Shown: positions 27,071 through 41,195, counted from the stretch's first letter. The stretch: 64,000 nt of DNA from Octopus vulgaris (GCA_951406725.2 OX597814.1:154876001-154940000), one strand, 5' to 3'. Made by a program: numbers and translations. Notes: generated from the sequence alone by a model not told the origin.

Positions 27071-27136
<66 letters not shown>

Positions 27137-27315
27137 TACATACATACATGCAAACATACATACATAGATGATAGATAGATAGATAGATAGATGTATTTCG
27201 CTTCAGGCACTCAACTATCACTGCAGCAATAGCTGTAAGTTAATGAAGTTCATAAGATAATCGTCTATTCTTTTGTCATTTCATTTCATTACACATACAC
27301 ACACACACGCGCGCG

Positions 27316-27371
<56 letters not shown>

Positions 27372-28913
27372 AACACACATATATATATGTATATATATAT
27401 TTATAAATATATATATATATGTGTATATGTATGTATGTTTATAAATATTGATGTATATCTATCCATCTGTCTATCTATCTATCTATCTGCCTGACTGTCT
27501 GTCTGTCCGTCTATCTGTGCATCTATTTGTATATACATACCCATATGTATACGTAGACATGCGTAACATATCTGTGAATGTATTTGTGTATGTATAAATG
27601 GATTTGTCCGTCTATGCGCGTGCGCGTATAACTGCTTACACGTGCGCATATTAGTCTCCGACAGGCATCTGCGCAGCTTCCGTCCACCAAATCTTATTCT
27701 GAAATCCTTGTCTAAAAAAGCGAATAAAAGTGCAATGCAGTGCAACGAACCCGGAAAAACGCGGTTATAAAACGTACTTTTTAACCAGAGTCCATTTAGA
27801 AGTATATTATGCTTAAGTAGTTCAGAGTACCCATTTAATTAACCTTAATAAATTTTTCTTCCTCTGTGCAGGATTTAAACATTCTTGATTATCTTCAGGT
27901 GTCTAATTCTATGCACACCTGCACACATACTCACACACTTACACGCATACACAAACATATTACACATATATTACACATATATTACACATATATATAAACA
28001 TAAATTTACATACACATACAACATCCAAGCATACGTATACATGTAGGCACTCATACATATACACACTTATGTTTGGCAGTGTTTGGGGGAATATGTAAGA
28101 ATGTTGATAGAAACCAAAAAAAAATATAGTAGTCGAAGTAGTTATTGTTTTCTAACAACATAATTAAGCAGGCTTATGATCAAGAACGTTATGACCATGA
28201 TCATCTTTTTTTCCCTCAGATATAATGTGCATAAAATTACATTATCTAACGGAACTTATTTGTTTTTCTTTAATTTTACAATGATTGTTATGGTCTGAAT
28301 CCGATTCAACTCATATTTCCAGTAAGTTAAGCGACCACTTACATATTGCTTTGCAGGTCACACTATTAGATATGATTTCATAAAAATGAAGGAGGAAGTG
28401 TTGTAAGGGTACTTTTTTCATATGTGTACTATCTTATAATTTAATTTTGATTTATTAATTATAGAATGTTGGTGCATAAATTTATTTGTAACCACATCTA
28501 TAAAACATAGCGGTGAAAGATACATAAAGACAAGGGAGAAATTGGGACTAGCATATAACACTTAATATGTGAAGATAACATAAATATGTTTGTGCGTGTG
28601 TTTGTGTGTGTGAGGTTGTGTGTGTGTGCCTGCGTGTGTACTTTACTAATTTAGTATTGAAATCCATCTTATATCTGTCTACGATCTAAGTTAAGTTGCA
28701 AATATAATACTTCTATAATTGAAAATGTAATATATAACATGAGGTTACAAGACCGGAGATCTTATATGCCCTAGGTTGCTAGTATATCGATTACGCCACC
28801 TACGAATCTACTGCGAATATACATACATACATATACATACATACATTCATACATACATACATACATACATACATACATACATACATACATACATACATAC
28901 ACACACACACACG

Positions 28914-28965
<52 letters not shown>

Positions 28966-29229
28966 CACATACACATAGCTGTTTATAGATACGTTTATAT
29001 GTATATACAACACACACACACGTATATCTATATATATATATACACACATATGATAGTAGAAATAATTATTTATACCATGTATATTGTTATATGACTGAAC
29101 GCCACGCATCCTCTTCCAAGTAAGTTTTATCTTATATACATACATATATACATGTGTATGTATATATGCATGCATGCATGTATGTATGCATGTATGTATG
29201 CATGCATGCATGTATGTATGTATGCATGT

Positions 29230-29277
<48 letters not shown>

Positions 29278-30112
29278 TAATAAATAAATAAAACATGCAT
29301 ATATACATACATATATGTACGTACCTACCTCTACATGTATATATACATGCATATATGGGTACAGGTCACCAAAAAAAACGTCGAACACAATGAGAAACGA
29401 AAACATAAACACAAAACGAAGGAAATGGACATATTTTTAAACAACGAAAAAATAGAGTACAGGACATACAAAACAAGGAAAATGTCCCTTCTTCAGTCGC
29501 CTTAGATTCATCTACTCCATGTTTCGAAGGTCAAGGCGGTACATGACTTCAATGAAAATTTCCTTCCCGCGAAAATCAAATTAAATAAAATTTGGGATTT
29601 TTTTTGCGGATGGGGTAAAAATGGTAACAAAAACAGGACAGTAACGACAGTACAAAATCTAAACAGTAAAGGACAGGACACGGAGAATAACAGTAACACA
29701 AACAAGAAGGGCTGTTAAGCCAAACGAGATAGCCATCTCATCACGTGACCGCGATGGGAGGGAGGAGGAGGAGTAAGGGAAAGGGAGAGAAAAAAAGGGG
29801 AATGTTGTAGAGAAAAGAATGAAGAATGAGAGAGAGAGAGGGAGAAACAGTAAGGAAGAAGAAAAGGAAAGCCAAAAGAATGAAGGCTGAGAAAGGGAGG
29901 AGGAGAGAGAAAGGTTAAGAGTGCGCATCATTATTTTATATATATATATATAAGACAAGGTACAAAATGCTAACATGATTTTATCATAAAAAAAACATTT
30001 TAGTACCGATTCTTCATGATAAAATGTTCATGATAAAATTATTTTAGTATTATCTACCTTTTCTTATTTTGCTTATACGTATCAATTCGTGTGTTCCTTT
30101 TCAACCTTCTAC

Positions 30113-30156
<44 letters not shown>

Positions 30157-30168
30157 ACACCCCCCACC

Positions 30169-30209
<41 letters not shown>

Positions 30210-30339
30210 CGAAGGAGAGAGTGAGAGAGTGAGAGAGAGAGAGATACAATTAACTAAATATATTGAATATATTCAGAAGAGAAACACATGTGTACAAGCA
30301 TATAAATATTTATATATTTATATAAATAAATAAATAAAT

Positions 30340-30612
30340 TTACATTTAAATGTAGCATAAAAACGCAGCATACTAAGGGGAGAATGCAACTTTTTTTCTC
30401 CTGAAGAAGGAAGCCTTTCTTACTGTAATGTCACCATGCGACTATTTGTTGGTTGCATATCTATGAGTTTTTGTATATTCCATCAGCTAATTATGAACAT
30501 TACAATTCTTGCGTAATTTGGAGCTTCCAGAAACTGCTATCGAGTTTTAAAAATGTATGCATTCTCCCCTTAGTTTTCTGTATTTTCAATGCTTCATATA
30601 GAAGTAAATTTA
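30340..30612 (+). mobile_element. Inverted-repeat-bounded element containing a degenerate hammerhead with an extended stem II
   Basis: The inverted repeat ctaaggggagaatgca / tgcattctccccttag (with weaker outer pairing) encloses ctc-CTGAAGA-a-ggaagc...gcttcc-a-GAAA-ctgcta-TC-gag (30398-30544). Confidence 0.5.
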
Positions 30613-30762
30613 TTTGTATATATATATAAAGATCTATATTGCCTGAATATATATAGTTAGTTGTATATCTGTCTGTCTGTCTGTCTGTCTTCCATCACCC
30701 TCTCTCTCTATATATATATATATATATGCACACATACATATATATATTTGTGTGTGTGTAAG

Positions 30763-30864
<102 letters not shown>

Positions 30865-32689
30865 TATATATATATGCCGATATATATATATATATATGAA
30901 TGTATATGTGCATATATGTATGTCTGTTCATATGTGTATATACGTGTGTATACGTGTGCATATGACAATATTTCATTCTTCAATTTCAGTACTAGATCAC
31001 ATGGTATCTTCATCTTTTCATGCGTAGAAACATGTCATACTTCTCAGAGAGACAGGCATCCCACTTTCGGGAATGATTAAGGCACAATGACGCGTTTTCT
31101 ATAATGGATCAAATGAGATAATAATGATTAGCATTATTATACTTCAAACTTTAAATACATTTATATAATGAAGTTTCATGGCGTCATTCTGAATCTCCAA
31201 TGCTGTGCAATTATCTCTGGGAGAATCGAAACTCTTTTCCCTCTATATCATACAACATTCCCACTTTCTAGCTTCATAAAAATATTTCTAAGTGATCCAG
31301 TACAGCTAACACTGACATAAAAAGATGTATATCATTTAGGGAATATCTCTTTAAGTGAACAGCAATCTTGTAACGTACGTCATCATTCGACACAGAAAGT
31401 CACTCTACCGCTTCAATATGTAGATGCATTTGAGCTTTACTTCTTGTACTTTTTTAATGCTATTTGCGGCAAAGAACAAAAAATCATCCATTTACAGAAA
31501 ACTTGATATTACGAGGCGCTAATGAATGCTTTGTTTTTCTATTTTCATGTTCGTACCTAATTAAATTGTTTGAATTGTCGGTAACGTGAAACTCAGACTT
31601 ACAATACAGTACACACTCACTTTATGCATTGAACAATTTTAGCCATATGTGTCTGTGAGCATTTGTGTACGCGTGTGTGTTTATATGCTTGTGTGTGTAC
31701 AACACTCCACAACGCCCAGTTTTCCTTATAGTGTTGAATTAATTAAGTTAATGCATGTTCCTTAAAATTATCAGATAAAAGTTACATAAAAAAGCAAAAA
31801 CAATAACTCGTTAGCACTTTATATCAATTTTTAGCGACTAATATTTCTTCATCTGAAGAAATATTACATATAGAGTATTACATATAGAGTAATAAAAATT
31901 CCCTATGAGATTATAATGGTTTCATAGCATCATTCTGAGTCTCTACTGCTGTGAAATTATCTCCGGGAGAATCGAAACATTTTTCCCTCTATATAATGCA
32001 ATTATATTAAGTTTCCCTATCCAAACTTATATTAAACTTCCCAATCACAAAGCTTTGGCTGATATAAGGCTATGAGTGAAAATATTTGCCCAAAGGGCCA
32101 CGCAGTCGGATTAAAACTCATGTTACTTATTTGTGAAGGAGATTTGTTAGACATACAGTCTGTCCATGGTGTACGGACATTTTGCAGATGAAAAACTACA
32201 ACTACATCCTTTGAAATTCTGGCTTTTATGTTCTTTGATAAGACTGAAATTTGTGTTCTGCAAGGGAATTTGTGAAAAACAGTGACTCATACAACTGAAA
32301 AAAATCAGTTTCACTACTTGGAAAATGAAAATAATACTTAATGACTAATACTGTCTCTTCCTCCATAAATATATATTTCTCCTTGGCTTCTTAATTCGAC
32401 AAGTAGAATTCTGTTTGGAATCTCGAAGCACATGCATAAAACTATAAAAAAATAGCATGAAAATATTGTGTTAAAATCCCCTTTGAACAGAAAAAGTAGG
32501 AAACTGTCCCGTGGGCCTGCATTCGACTTTTGCTGTCTAAATATTTACATACTATTATTTATAGATCTATGTATTTGCTTCGAGATATACTATTACAAAA
32601 CGAATTAGTTCACGTACTCTCGAAAGTTTATAAAATTCTGATGACGTCAGCAAATTAATATATTTGCAGACTCTTTCCTAGCTGTTACT

Positions 32690-33300
32690 AACGATACTGT
32701 CAGGTAGAGTTTACATAGAGCCTGTGAAGTTTTTTATGAGCTAATTGATTTTAAATAATATAGGAATTGGAAAATATGTAGCATATGGATGTGTAGTAGG
32801 TAGTAGCGATAAAGCATAGGCCAACGACAATCTGGTGGATCCTGAGATGATAATGGCTTGGAATAGGTTGCGTTTGGATTCAAGAAAGAAATCACGAATA
32901 TTTGGAATGTCTATATATGATCAAAGTTGCGTTGAGAGCTTGATGGAGGAAAGAAGTGAAGTTCATTAGACATGAACCTCACTTGTATCGGTGGAACAAA
33001 TGTGTACCGGTGGCACAAATGTGGGACGACAGAGGAAGTCAAGAAGGGTTGGGAGCATTGGAGTCATCAGGGCGGAGAGAAAGAAAATACAAGATAGATA
33101 TCCTCAGTACAGGAATAAGTGTGTTCGAAGAGCTGTTGGTGCTGGAAGAAATTTGAGAGCGCCAGTCGATATATAACCAAATGTATATATTGGAAGTACA
33201 TTGAGCTAAAAGGTTTGAAAGTTTTTAGTTATTGATATCCAGGTGATAAAATTGAGTCATAGGAGACTGGAAATTACATATACGCATATACTAGGCATTA
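32690..33300 (-). mobile_element. Heavily decayed LINE 3' region
   Basis: Minus-strand remnants such as IDWRSQIS and LPDSIVS resemble the C-terminal part of CR1/L2/Jockey ORF2; no intact frame. Confidence 0.35.
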
Positions 33301-33738
33301 GAGTGAAGTTTGATGTAAAGACTGTAGCCTTGACGGCAGAGATGGACTATGGGACTAAGGTTTGAAAGATTTGTATATATATATACATGTGTGTATATGT
33401 TTGTGTATCTGTGTTTGTCCCCCACCATCGCTTCACAACTACAGGTAAAAAAAAATACGGTGGTGTACTTCAAGCATGACATCAACTGTATGATTGAAAC
33501 AAATAATAGGAACAATACATACATACATACATACATACATACATACATACATACATACATACATACATACATACATACATACATAGATACATACATACAT
33601 ACATACATAAATACATACATACATATTCCATTATACTTTTATTATAATTTTTTTGATAAGGTTCGTTATTTCAAGAACCGAAACATGTAAATTAAAATTT
33701 ATCTAATATAGTGGCGTTTTCAAACTTCTTTTTTACAA

Positions 33739-33819
<81 letters not shown>

Positions 33820-33826
33820 TACATAC

Positions 33827-33872
<46 letters not shown>

Positions 33873-33940
33873 GTAAATATGAATATATATATGTATATAT
33901 ATATGTGTGTGTATATATATATATGTGTGTATATATATTA

Positions 33941-33977
<37 letters not shown>

Positions 33978-33983
<6 letters not shown>

Positions 33984-34895
33984 AGAAATTAAATATAAAA
34001 TATAAATTACAAAGTGGGACAAGAACGCAAAAACACACAAAGAGACGACACAAAAACACAGACGGGTCACTCGAAGCCTCTAATCTTCAGTCGGAACCGG
34101 ATCATCTTAGCAATTTCGGCTGTTTAATCTCGATATCACTCCGAACCGGCCAGCCCCAAGGAAAAACTAAGCCACAGGCATTAGATTTCTTGGAAAGAGG
34201 ATCGAATGTATACGAAACAAAGACAGGATGCCACACGAATATAAATACAAGAAACAAAAAATAGAAATAAAAAACAAGAATGGTAAGCAGGACAAAAACA
34301 GCGGGCGTCTTACGACTTTAGACAATTTTTAACTTATCTTGGCTGGCGTATTTGAAAAATGCCTTTGCGGTAAAACGAAAACAAACGTTAACATGGCAGC
34401 GGTCAAACCGAAAAGACCGGTTTGAATGCGGTCACGTGAGAGCACGGAAGAAAGAGAAAGAAAAAGAAAAGCAGGGAGCAAGGAATCAAAGAGAGAGAGA
34501 AAGAAAGGGACGAAGGCACCAGGGGGGGGGGGAGAGAGAAAGAAGGAAGGAATCAAAGAGGGGAGAAGAAACAGGATTGGCTTAGCAATAGAAATGATGG
34601 TGCAAATAAGAATGGGGGAAGAATCAGAGGCAAGGAAAGAGAAAGACACAGAGAGAGTGTGTGTAAAGACGTCGTACAAGGTAAAATGTGTATACATAGG
34701 AGATAGGGTTACGTTACGCCGCAATAATATATGTATAGAAATTAAAAATTAAATATAAATTACAAAGTGGGACAAGAACGCAAAAACACACAAAGAGACG
34801 ACACAAAAAAAACAGACGGGGCACTCGAAGCCTCTAATCTTCAGTTGGAACCGGATCATCTTAGCAATTTCGGCTGTTTAATCTCGATATCACTC

Positions 34896-34898
<3 letters not shown>
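33978..34898 (-). mobile_element. Non-coding element with terminal direct repeats of about 165 bp (period about 753 bp), pseudo-LTR-like
   Basis: 33978-34144 is repeated at 34731-34898; the element is flanked by (TA)n and has a purine-rich interior. A related fragment lies at about 61800-61935. Confidence 0.7.
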
Positions 34899-34962
<64 letters not shown>

Positions 34963-34969
34963 TATATAA

Positions 34970-35186
34970 GTAAGGTAAAGTTTCCTTTCCGAGTCATACC
35001 AAGTCATAACGGCTGGTTACGGACTCCTTGGCGTATAAATTCCCCACTTAGCCGGGAAAGCGGTCTGTCGCAAGATTACTCATTTTTGCCAGCTAAGTGA
35101 ACACAGCGCGTCACCCGGTCCAGGAATGGAAACCACAACCTTCCGATCATGAGTCCAAGCACTAACCATTAACCCATGCGCCTCCA
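34970..35186 (-). mobile_element. Further tRNA-headed SINE (distinct body)
   Basis: Minus-strand head gaggcgcatgggttaatggttagtgcttggactcatgatcggaaggttgtggtttccattcc and a tail ending in tttacctta-type repeats. Confidence 0.6.
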
Positions 35187-35691
35187 TTATATACAGATAT
35201 ATAGGAAGACACCCATATGTATATATCTTCAATCTTTTACTTGTTTAAGTCATTAGATTGCGGCCGAGCAGGAGCACCGCCTTGAAAATCTTCAGGCAAA
35301 CGAATCGATCGAAGTACTTACTTTTTTAAGTCTGGTACTTATGTCGAAGATCAAAGTTACGGTAACGTAATCATACTCACCCCCGTTTTCAATTGATGCT
35401 GAGGGGACAAACACAGACACAAAGACATACACGCGCGCACACACACACTTGCGCGCGCACACACACACTTGCGCGCGCACGAGCAACAACCTTCTTTCAG
35501 TTTCTGTTCGCTAAATGCATTCACAAGGCTTTGGTCGCCTCGAGGATCGAGTAGAAGACACGCAGTGGGACTGAATCCGAAACAATATGGTTGGGAAACA
35601 AACTTCTTACCACATAAACGCTTCCCTGTATATGTGCATATATATATGTACATATATATAGATCGCTAGCTACTATGTTTATTTCTGTGTT

Positions 35692-35730
35692 CCTTTCTGT
35701 CGAAGACCGTGGGTTCGAAACGTAAAAGAC
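35692..35730 (+). ncRNA. Degenerate copy of the same variant hammerhead motif
   Basis: cttt-CTGTCGA-a-gacc-gtgg-gttc-GAAA-cg-TA-aaagac; the flanks are homologous to 36865-37075. Confidence 0.45.
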
Positions 35731-35836
35731 TTTCTCACTTCCCGAGCGTTAAACTAATACATCTGTTTGTTTTTTGCACACCCGTCTTCGTCTGTTTTTT
35801 TTTTTTTTGTAAATGCTTACTATATATATGTATATT

Positions 35837-36570
35837 CAGGATGTCCCAAAAGTCACTGATGGGTTTCAGTTTTTAATAACTTCCGTAACTTTACAAATAA
35901 ATGCATGAAATTTTGACACAATATGAAAGACACAATGGAACTTATGATGCACCAGTCAAATTTTGCAGCACCACTACATCACATATGAAAAATGACATCG
36001 CATAAATGGCAGCCATTTTCGGCTTCGCGCGCCCGTGCTCTTTCCAAAACTTGCTTCATAGCACTCTCAAGAGTTTCTGAAACGACTCTTTGATTCCTCT
36101 ATTGATGTTCTCCGGTTTGTTGATGTAACCCTCTCTTGCATATATCCCCACAAGAAAGAATCCAGGCTAGTCGCGTCTAGGGAGCGTGACGGCCAGTTGA
36201 CATTGCTGCAGCGGGAGATTATTCTCTCTCCAAAGCACTGCCGTAGCAACTGTATTGTTTCACTTGCAGTTGCACCATCTAACTGGAACCGAGTGTGATG
36301 TCTACTTTGAATGCCCTTCACGTTCTCCAGACTTGACTAGCCTGGATTTTTCTTGTGGGGATACCTGAAAGAGAGGGTTTACGTCAACAAACCAGGGGCC
36401 CTGGTGCAACTTAAGGTGAACATTAATAGGGAGATTAGAGAAGTGGGGTATGAAGCTGTTGTGGGTTTTTTGGTGCAAGTTTTGGAAAGAGCATGGGTAT
36501 GCGAAGCGAAAAATGACTGCCATTTAAGCAATGTAATTTTTCATATGTGATTTAGTGGTGCAACACCTTA
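35837..36570. mobile_element. Two DD41D-like Tc1/mariner 3' segments in inverted orientation
   Basis: Minus strand: FQLDGATA...FGERIISR..NWPSRSLDATSLDSFLWGY, running to the terminus caggatgtcccaaa at 35837. Plus strand from about 36320: RSPDLTSLDF-LWGYLKERVYVNKP. Confidence 0.75.
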
Positions 36571-36936
36571 ATACACACACGCATACACACACACTCACAC
36601 ACACACACATAAATATATTTATGCACATACGCACACACAAACACCAAGATGAAAATGAAAGAGAACAACGTAGATTAGTTTCACTACAGTTGTTATAAAT
36701 ATAGCCTCGGGCCGAAAAAATCGTTGTGAGTGCATTTTGTAGATGGAAACAGAAGGAAGATCGTCGTATATATATATATATACCCATTTATCAACCCTAT
36801 TATCTCCCCTTATTTCGCTCTCGCGTCTCATGTTTGATCTTTGACCTCTGGCCGAAATCAGATCGCCATGTTGATTCGTTAGCTACTGCACGCATTTTTT
36901 TCTCTCCTTCTTTCTGTGTTTTTCTCTCTCTGTGTA

Positions 36937-36974
36937 TCTTTCTGTTGAAGAGCGTAGGCTCGAAACGTTAAAGA
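36937..36974 (+). ncRNA. Minimal hammerhead-like motif with variant core CUGUUGA
   Basis: tcttt-CTGTTGA-a-gagc-gtag-gctc-GAAA-cg-TT-aaaga. All helices pair and stem III is the palindrome acgt. It lies inside a repeat (about 36780-37075) embedded in (TA)n. Confidence 0.55.
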
Positions 36975-37071
36975 CTTGTTTTATTTATATTTCCTAAGCG
37001 CCATACTAATACAATTGTTCGTTTGTTTTCCACCTGCCTTCGTCTTTTGTTTATTTTCATAAAGCTTCCCG

Positions 37072-37111
<40 letters not shown>

Positions 37112-37515
37112 ATGTGTGTATCTTTGTGACTGTGTTTCTCCCCCATCACCTCTTAATAACTAGTGTTGATGTGTTTACGTCCCCATAACTCTGTGTTTCG
37201 GCAAAAGACATCGATGGAATATGTGCAAGGTTTAACAAGAGATTCCTGGGGTCGAAGTCTTCGATTAAAGCCCTTCACGGCGGTGCACCGGTAAGGCCAC
37301 TGTCAAATGAATGAAATATTTCAAATGACATACAGTAAGAACAAAGATAAAATAAATCCGAAGTGAAGGACGAATATATGGTGCATGTGTTTATTTGGCC
37401 AAAATAATGGAGAAGCGAAACAAAAACCAAAAAAACTAACCATCCCAAAGTACAATAATATCTGTTTCAACACACGATTTCACATCGGCAATATTGCAAA
37501 AATGATAAGAAAACG

Positions 37516-37621
<106 letters not shown>

Positions 37622-38126
37622 ATGTGTGTATGTGTGTATGTGTGTATGTGTGTGTGTCTCCGTTGTAGCTGGAACAAGGAAGACGTGTTCTTGTTGGTCT
37701 CCTGTCCTAGCTTCATTTACGCGTTTGCCACCACATCCTCGTTTAGGCTTAGCAGCCCTTCCTGTTTGATTTCACTGTCCTGTTTGTGTTACCAATTTTC
37801 AACCCTCCGCAAAATCCCAAATTTTATTTAATTTGCTTTGCGGGAGCAACTGTTTTATCAAAAGCGTATATTGTTGCTAAATGCTCGAAATACGAGACTA
37901 GAGAGCAGCCAATAACTGATGAAAGGTCTTTCTTTATGTTGTTTGTTTTGTTTTCCATTTGTGTTCTTCGTTGTTCGAAATTATAGTTCATGATCCATGT
38001 ACTCGTGCTTCGTATTTTGTATATGTATATCTACATGTATGTATGCTTACAACGCTTTACATGTGTGTGCATATTCCCACATATATAGTATATGAGTATA
38101 TACGTAAGTGTGTGTATATATGTGTG

Positions 38127-38201
<75 letters not shown>

Positions 38202-38346
38202 ATGTATGTATGTATGCTTACAACACTTTACCTGTGTTTGCATATTGCCACATAAGTATGAGAATTTGACATATGCTAAGTATATAGACAAATATTTACG
38301 TTTACAAATATTAAGTTTGAAAGGAATATAACTGGATGACGACCTG

Positions 38347-38434
<88 letters not shown>

Positions 38435-38850
38435 CAGATGTATATATTCATGTATATTCATGTATGTATGTATATGTATGTGTGTGTGTGAGTATACAGA
38501 TATATATACATACAGACATATATATGTACGCACATATATATATGTATGTATATATATATATACATATATATGTGTGTGTGTGCATGTATGTAGGTATGTA
38601 TATATTATATATATATATATATATACATACATATACATACTTTCATCCATATGTACATATTTATAGACACATATACGCATCAATATATATATATATATGT
38701 GTATTTATATATATGATAATATAAATAATATATAAATATATGCATATGAGCATACATACATATATTTATATATATGTATATGTACATAAATTAATGTTTA
38801 TGTTTGTGGTGGAGTGTGTGCATGTATATATATATATATATATATATATA

Positions 38851-39330
<480 letters not shown>

Positions 39331-39335
39331 TTACA

Positions 39336-39381
<46 letters not shown>

Positions 39382-39766
39382 TATATATACATGTACATAC
39401 ATATATATATGTACATATATATACACAAACACACACATATATATATATACATGTATGAAAATATGTATATTTACATGCAAATATGTAAATAAAATACGAA
39501 TATAAATATATATATATACATTCTAATTATAGTTTCACTCAGTTCCATATGACTTGTGGTTGTGTCGGCTGGTGCGACGAAACTATCTCAACAGATAACT
39601 TGAGACAAATAGTTATTAAATTCATGTCTGCTCCTACTACATGTGTTGAGTACCATTTCCTTTCGTTTGTCCACTCAGGAATGTATGTAAATAAATGAAT
39701 AAACAAATGTGCGTCTGTTTGTTAATATGGGTATATGCATGTATTCATGTGTGCGTATGCCAATAT

Positions 39767-39803
<37 letters not shown>

Positions 39804-39873
39804 TTAATGTAGTCTATATAGATATAAGTAGATGGATATATATGCTTGCGTGTAGATATATGTATGTATATAT

Positions 39874-39917
<44 letters not shown>

Positions 39918-40117
39918 GCATACATGCTATACATACACACACATAAATAAAGCAGATATATATATATATTTATATATATATATACGTACTTATATACATA
40001 TATATATACACAATTATATATAGTATGAATATATATTTACATATATATTTGCGCACACACATACACACACATATATACATACATACATACACACAGACAC
40101 ATACATACATACATACA

Positions 40118-40153
<36 letters not shown>

Positions 40154-40688
40154 CATCGCATTCAATTTTATCAACGTGAAAATGGGATGGTATAGATTTT
40201 AGTCCCAGCATACCCATAGCTTGTATACTGAAACGCATAAATGAAAAATACTATAAACGCACGTGTGTGTGTTTATGTGTCTGTTTGTAAGTTTGTGTGT
40301 GTGCATAACATAGAAATATATTTTAATAAATGTACATGGGAGTACGCTTTTACCTGGCATGTACATGTTTTGTTTATATACATTTTAATTATTGTTTTAC
40401 AAATGTAAATATATTTTCTTTTGTTTGTATTACAATTCAAACAATGATAGGCGTAAATCACACCACATAGAAATACATGATAATCACACCACATATATGA
40501 TAAAACATTTATCTAGATCACAATAAAGTAGATATAATTGAATAAACAGTATATAATTAATAAATAAACTTTGTTTTATCATATATTTTATTTTTTCTAT
40601 ATGGTATGATTTACGTCTATCATTGTTTGAATTACATAATAGTGATTTTTGTCTAAATTATATATATATACATACGCGTATATATATA

Positions 40689-40753
<65 letters not shown>

Positions 40754-40811
40754 GGAAATTTGATTTAATACTAAATTGGATTTTTCCCTGTGAGCTTCGA
40801 TTTAAACTCCC

Positions 40812-40812
<1 letters not shown>

Positions 40813-40899
<87 letters not shown>

Positions 40900-41195
40900 T
40901 AGTTTTATTTTTATAGCGTGCTTTCACTTCACTACCGAGCGCAGCTCTGTGTGCCTTGGGTATGTGCTGTGATTTGTTGTGATGCTCTGATGGTTATTGT
41001 ATGGAAAGTGTTCTGCGTAGGATGTGTGCAGTGCCTAGTAGTGCAATTTTCACTACTAGGCACTGCATACATCCTACGCAGAACACTTTCCATACAATAA
41101 CCATCAGAGCATCACAACAAATCACAGCACATACCCAAGGCACACAGAGCTGCGCTCGGTAGTGAAGTGAAAGCACGCTATAAAAAATAAAACTA

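Larger units (their letters stand above)
26274..27075 (+). mobile_element. Partial tandem dimer (480-nt period) of a hammerhead-bearing element: Penelope-type pseudo-LTR or non-LTR retrozyme
   Basis: Near-identical direct repeats of about 320 bp (26274-26594 and 26754-27075) separated by about 160 bp of unique sequence. Each repeat starts with a hammerhead, (TA)n flanks both sides, and there is no ORF. Confidence 0.75.
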
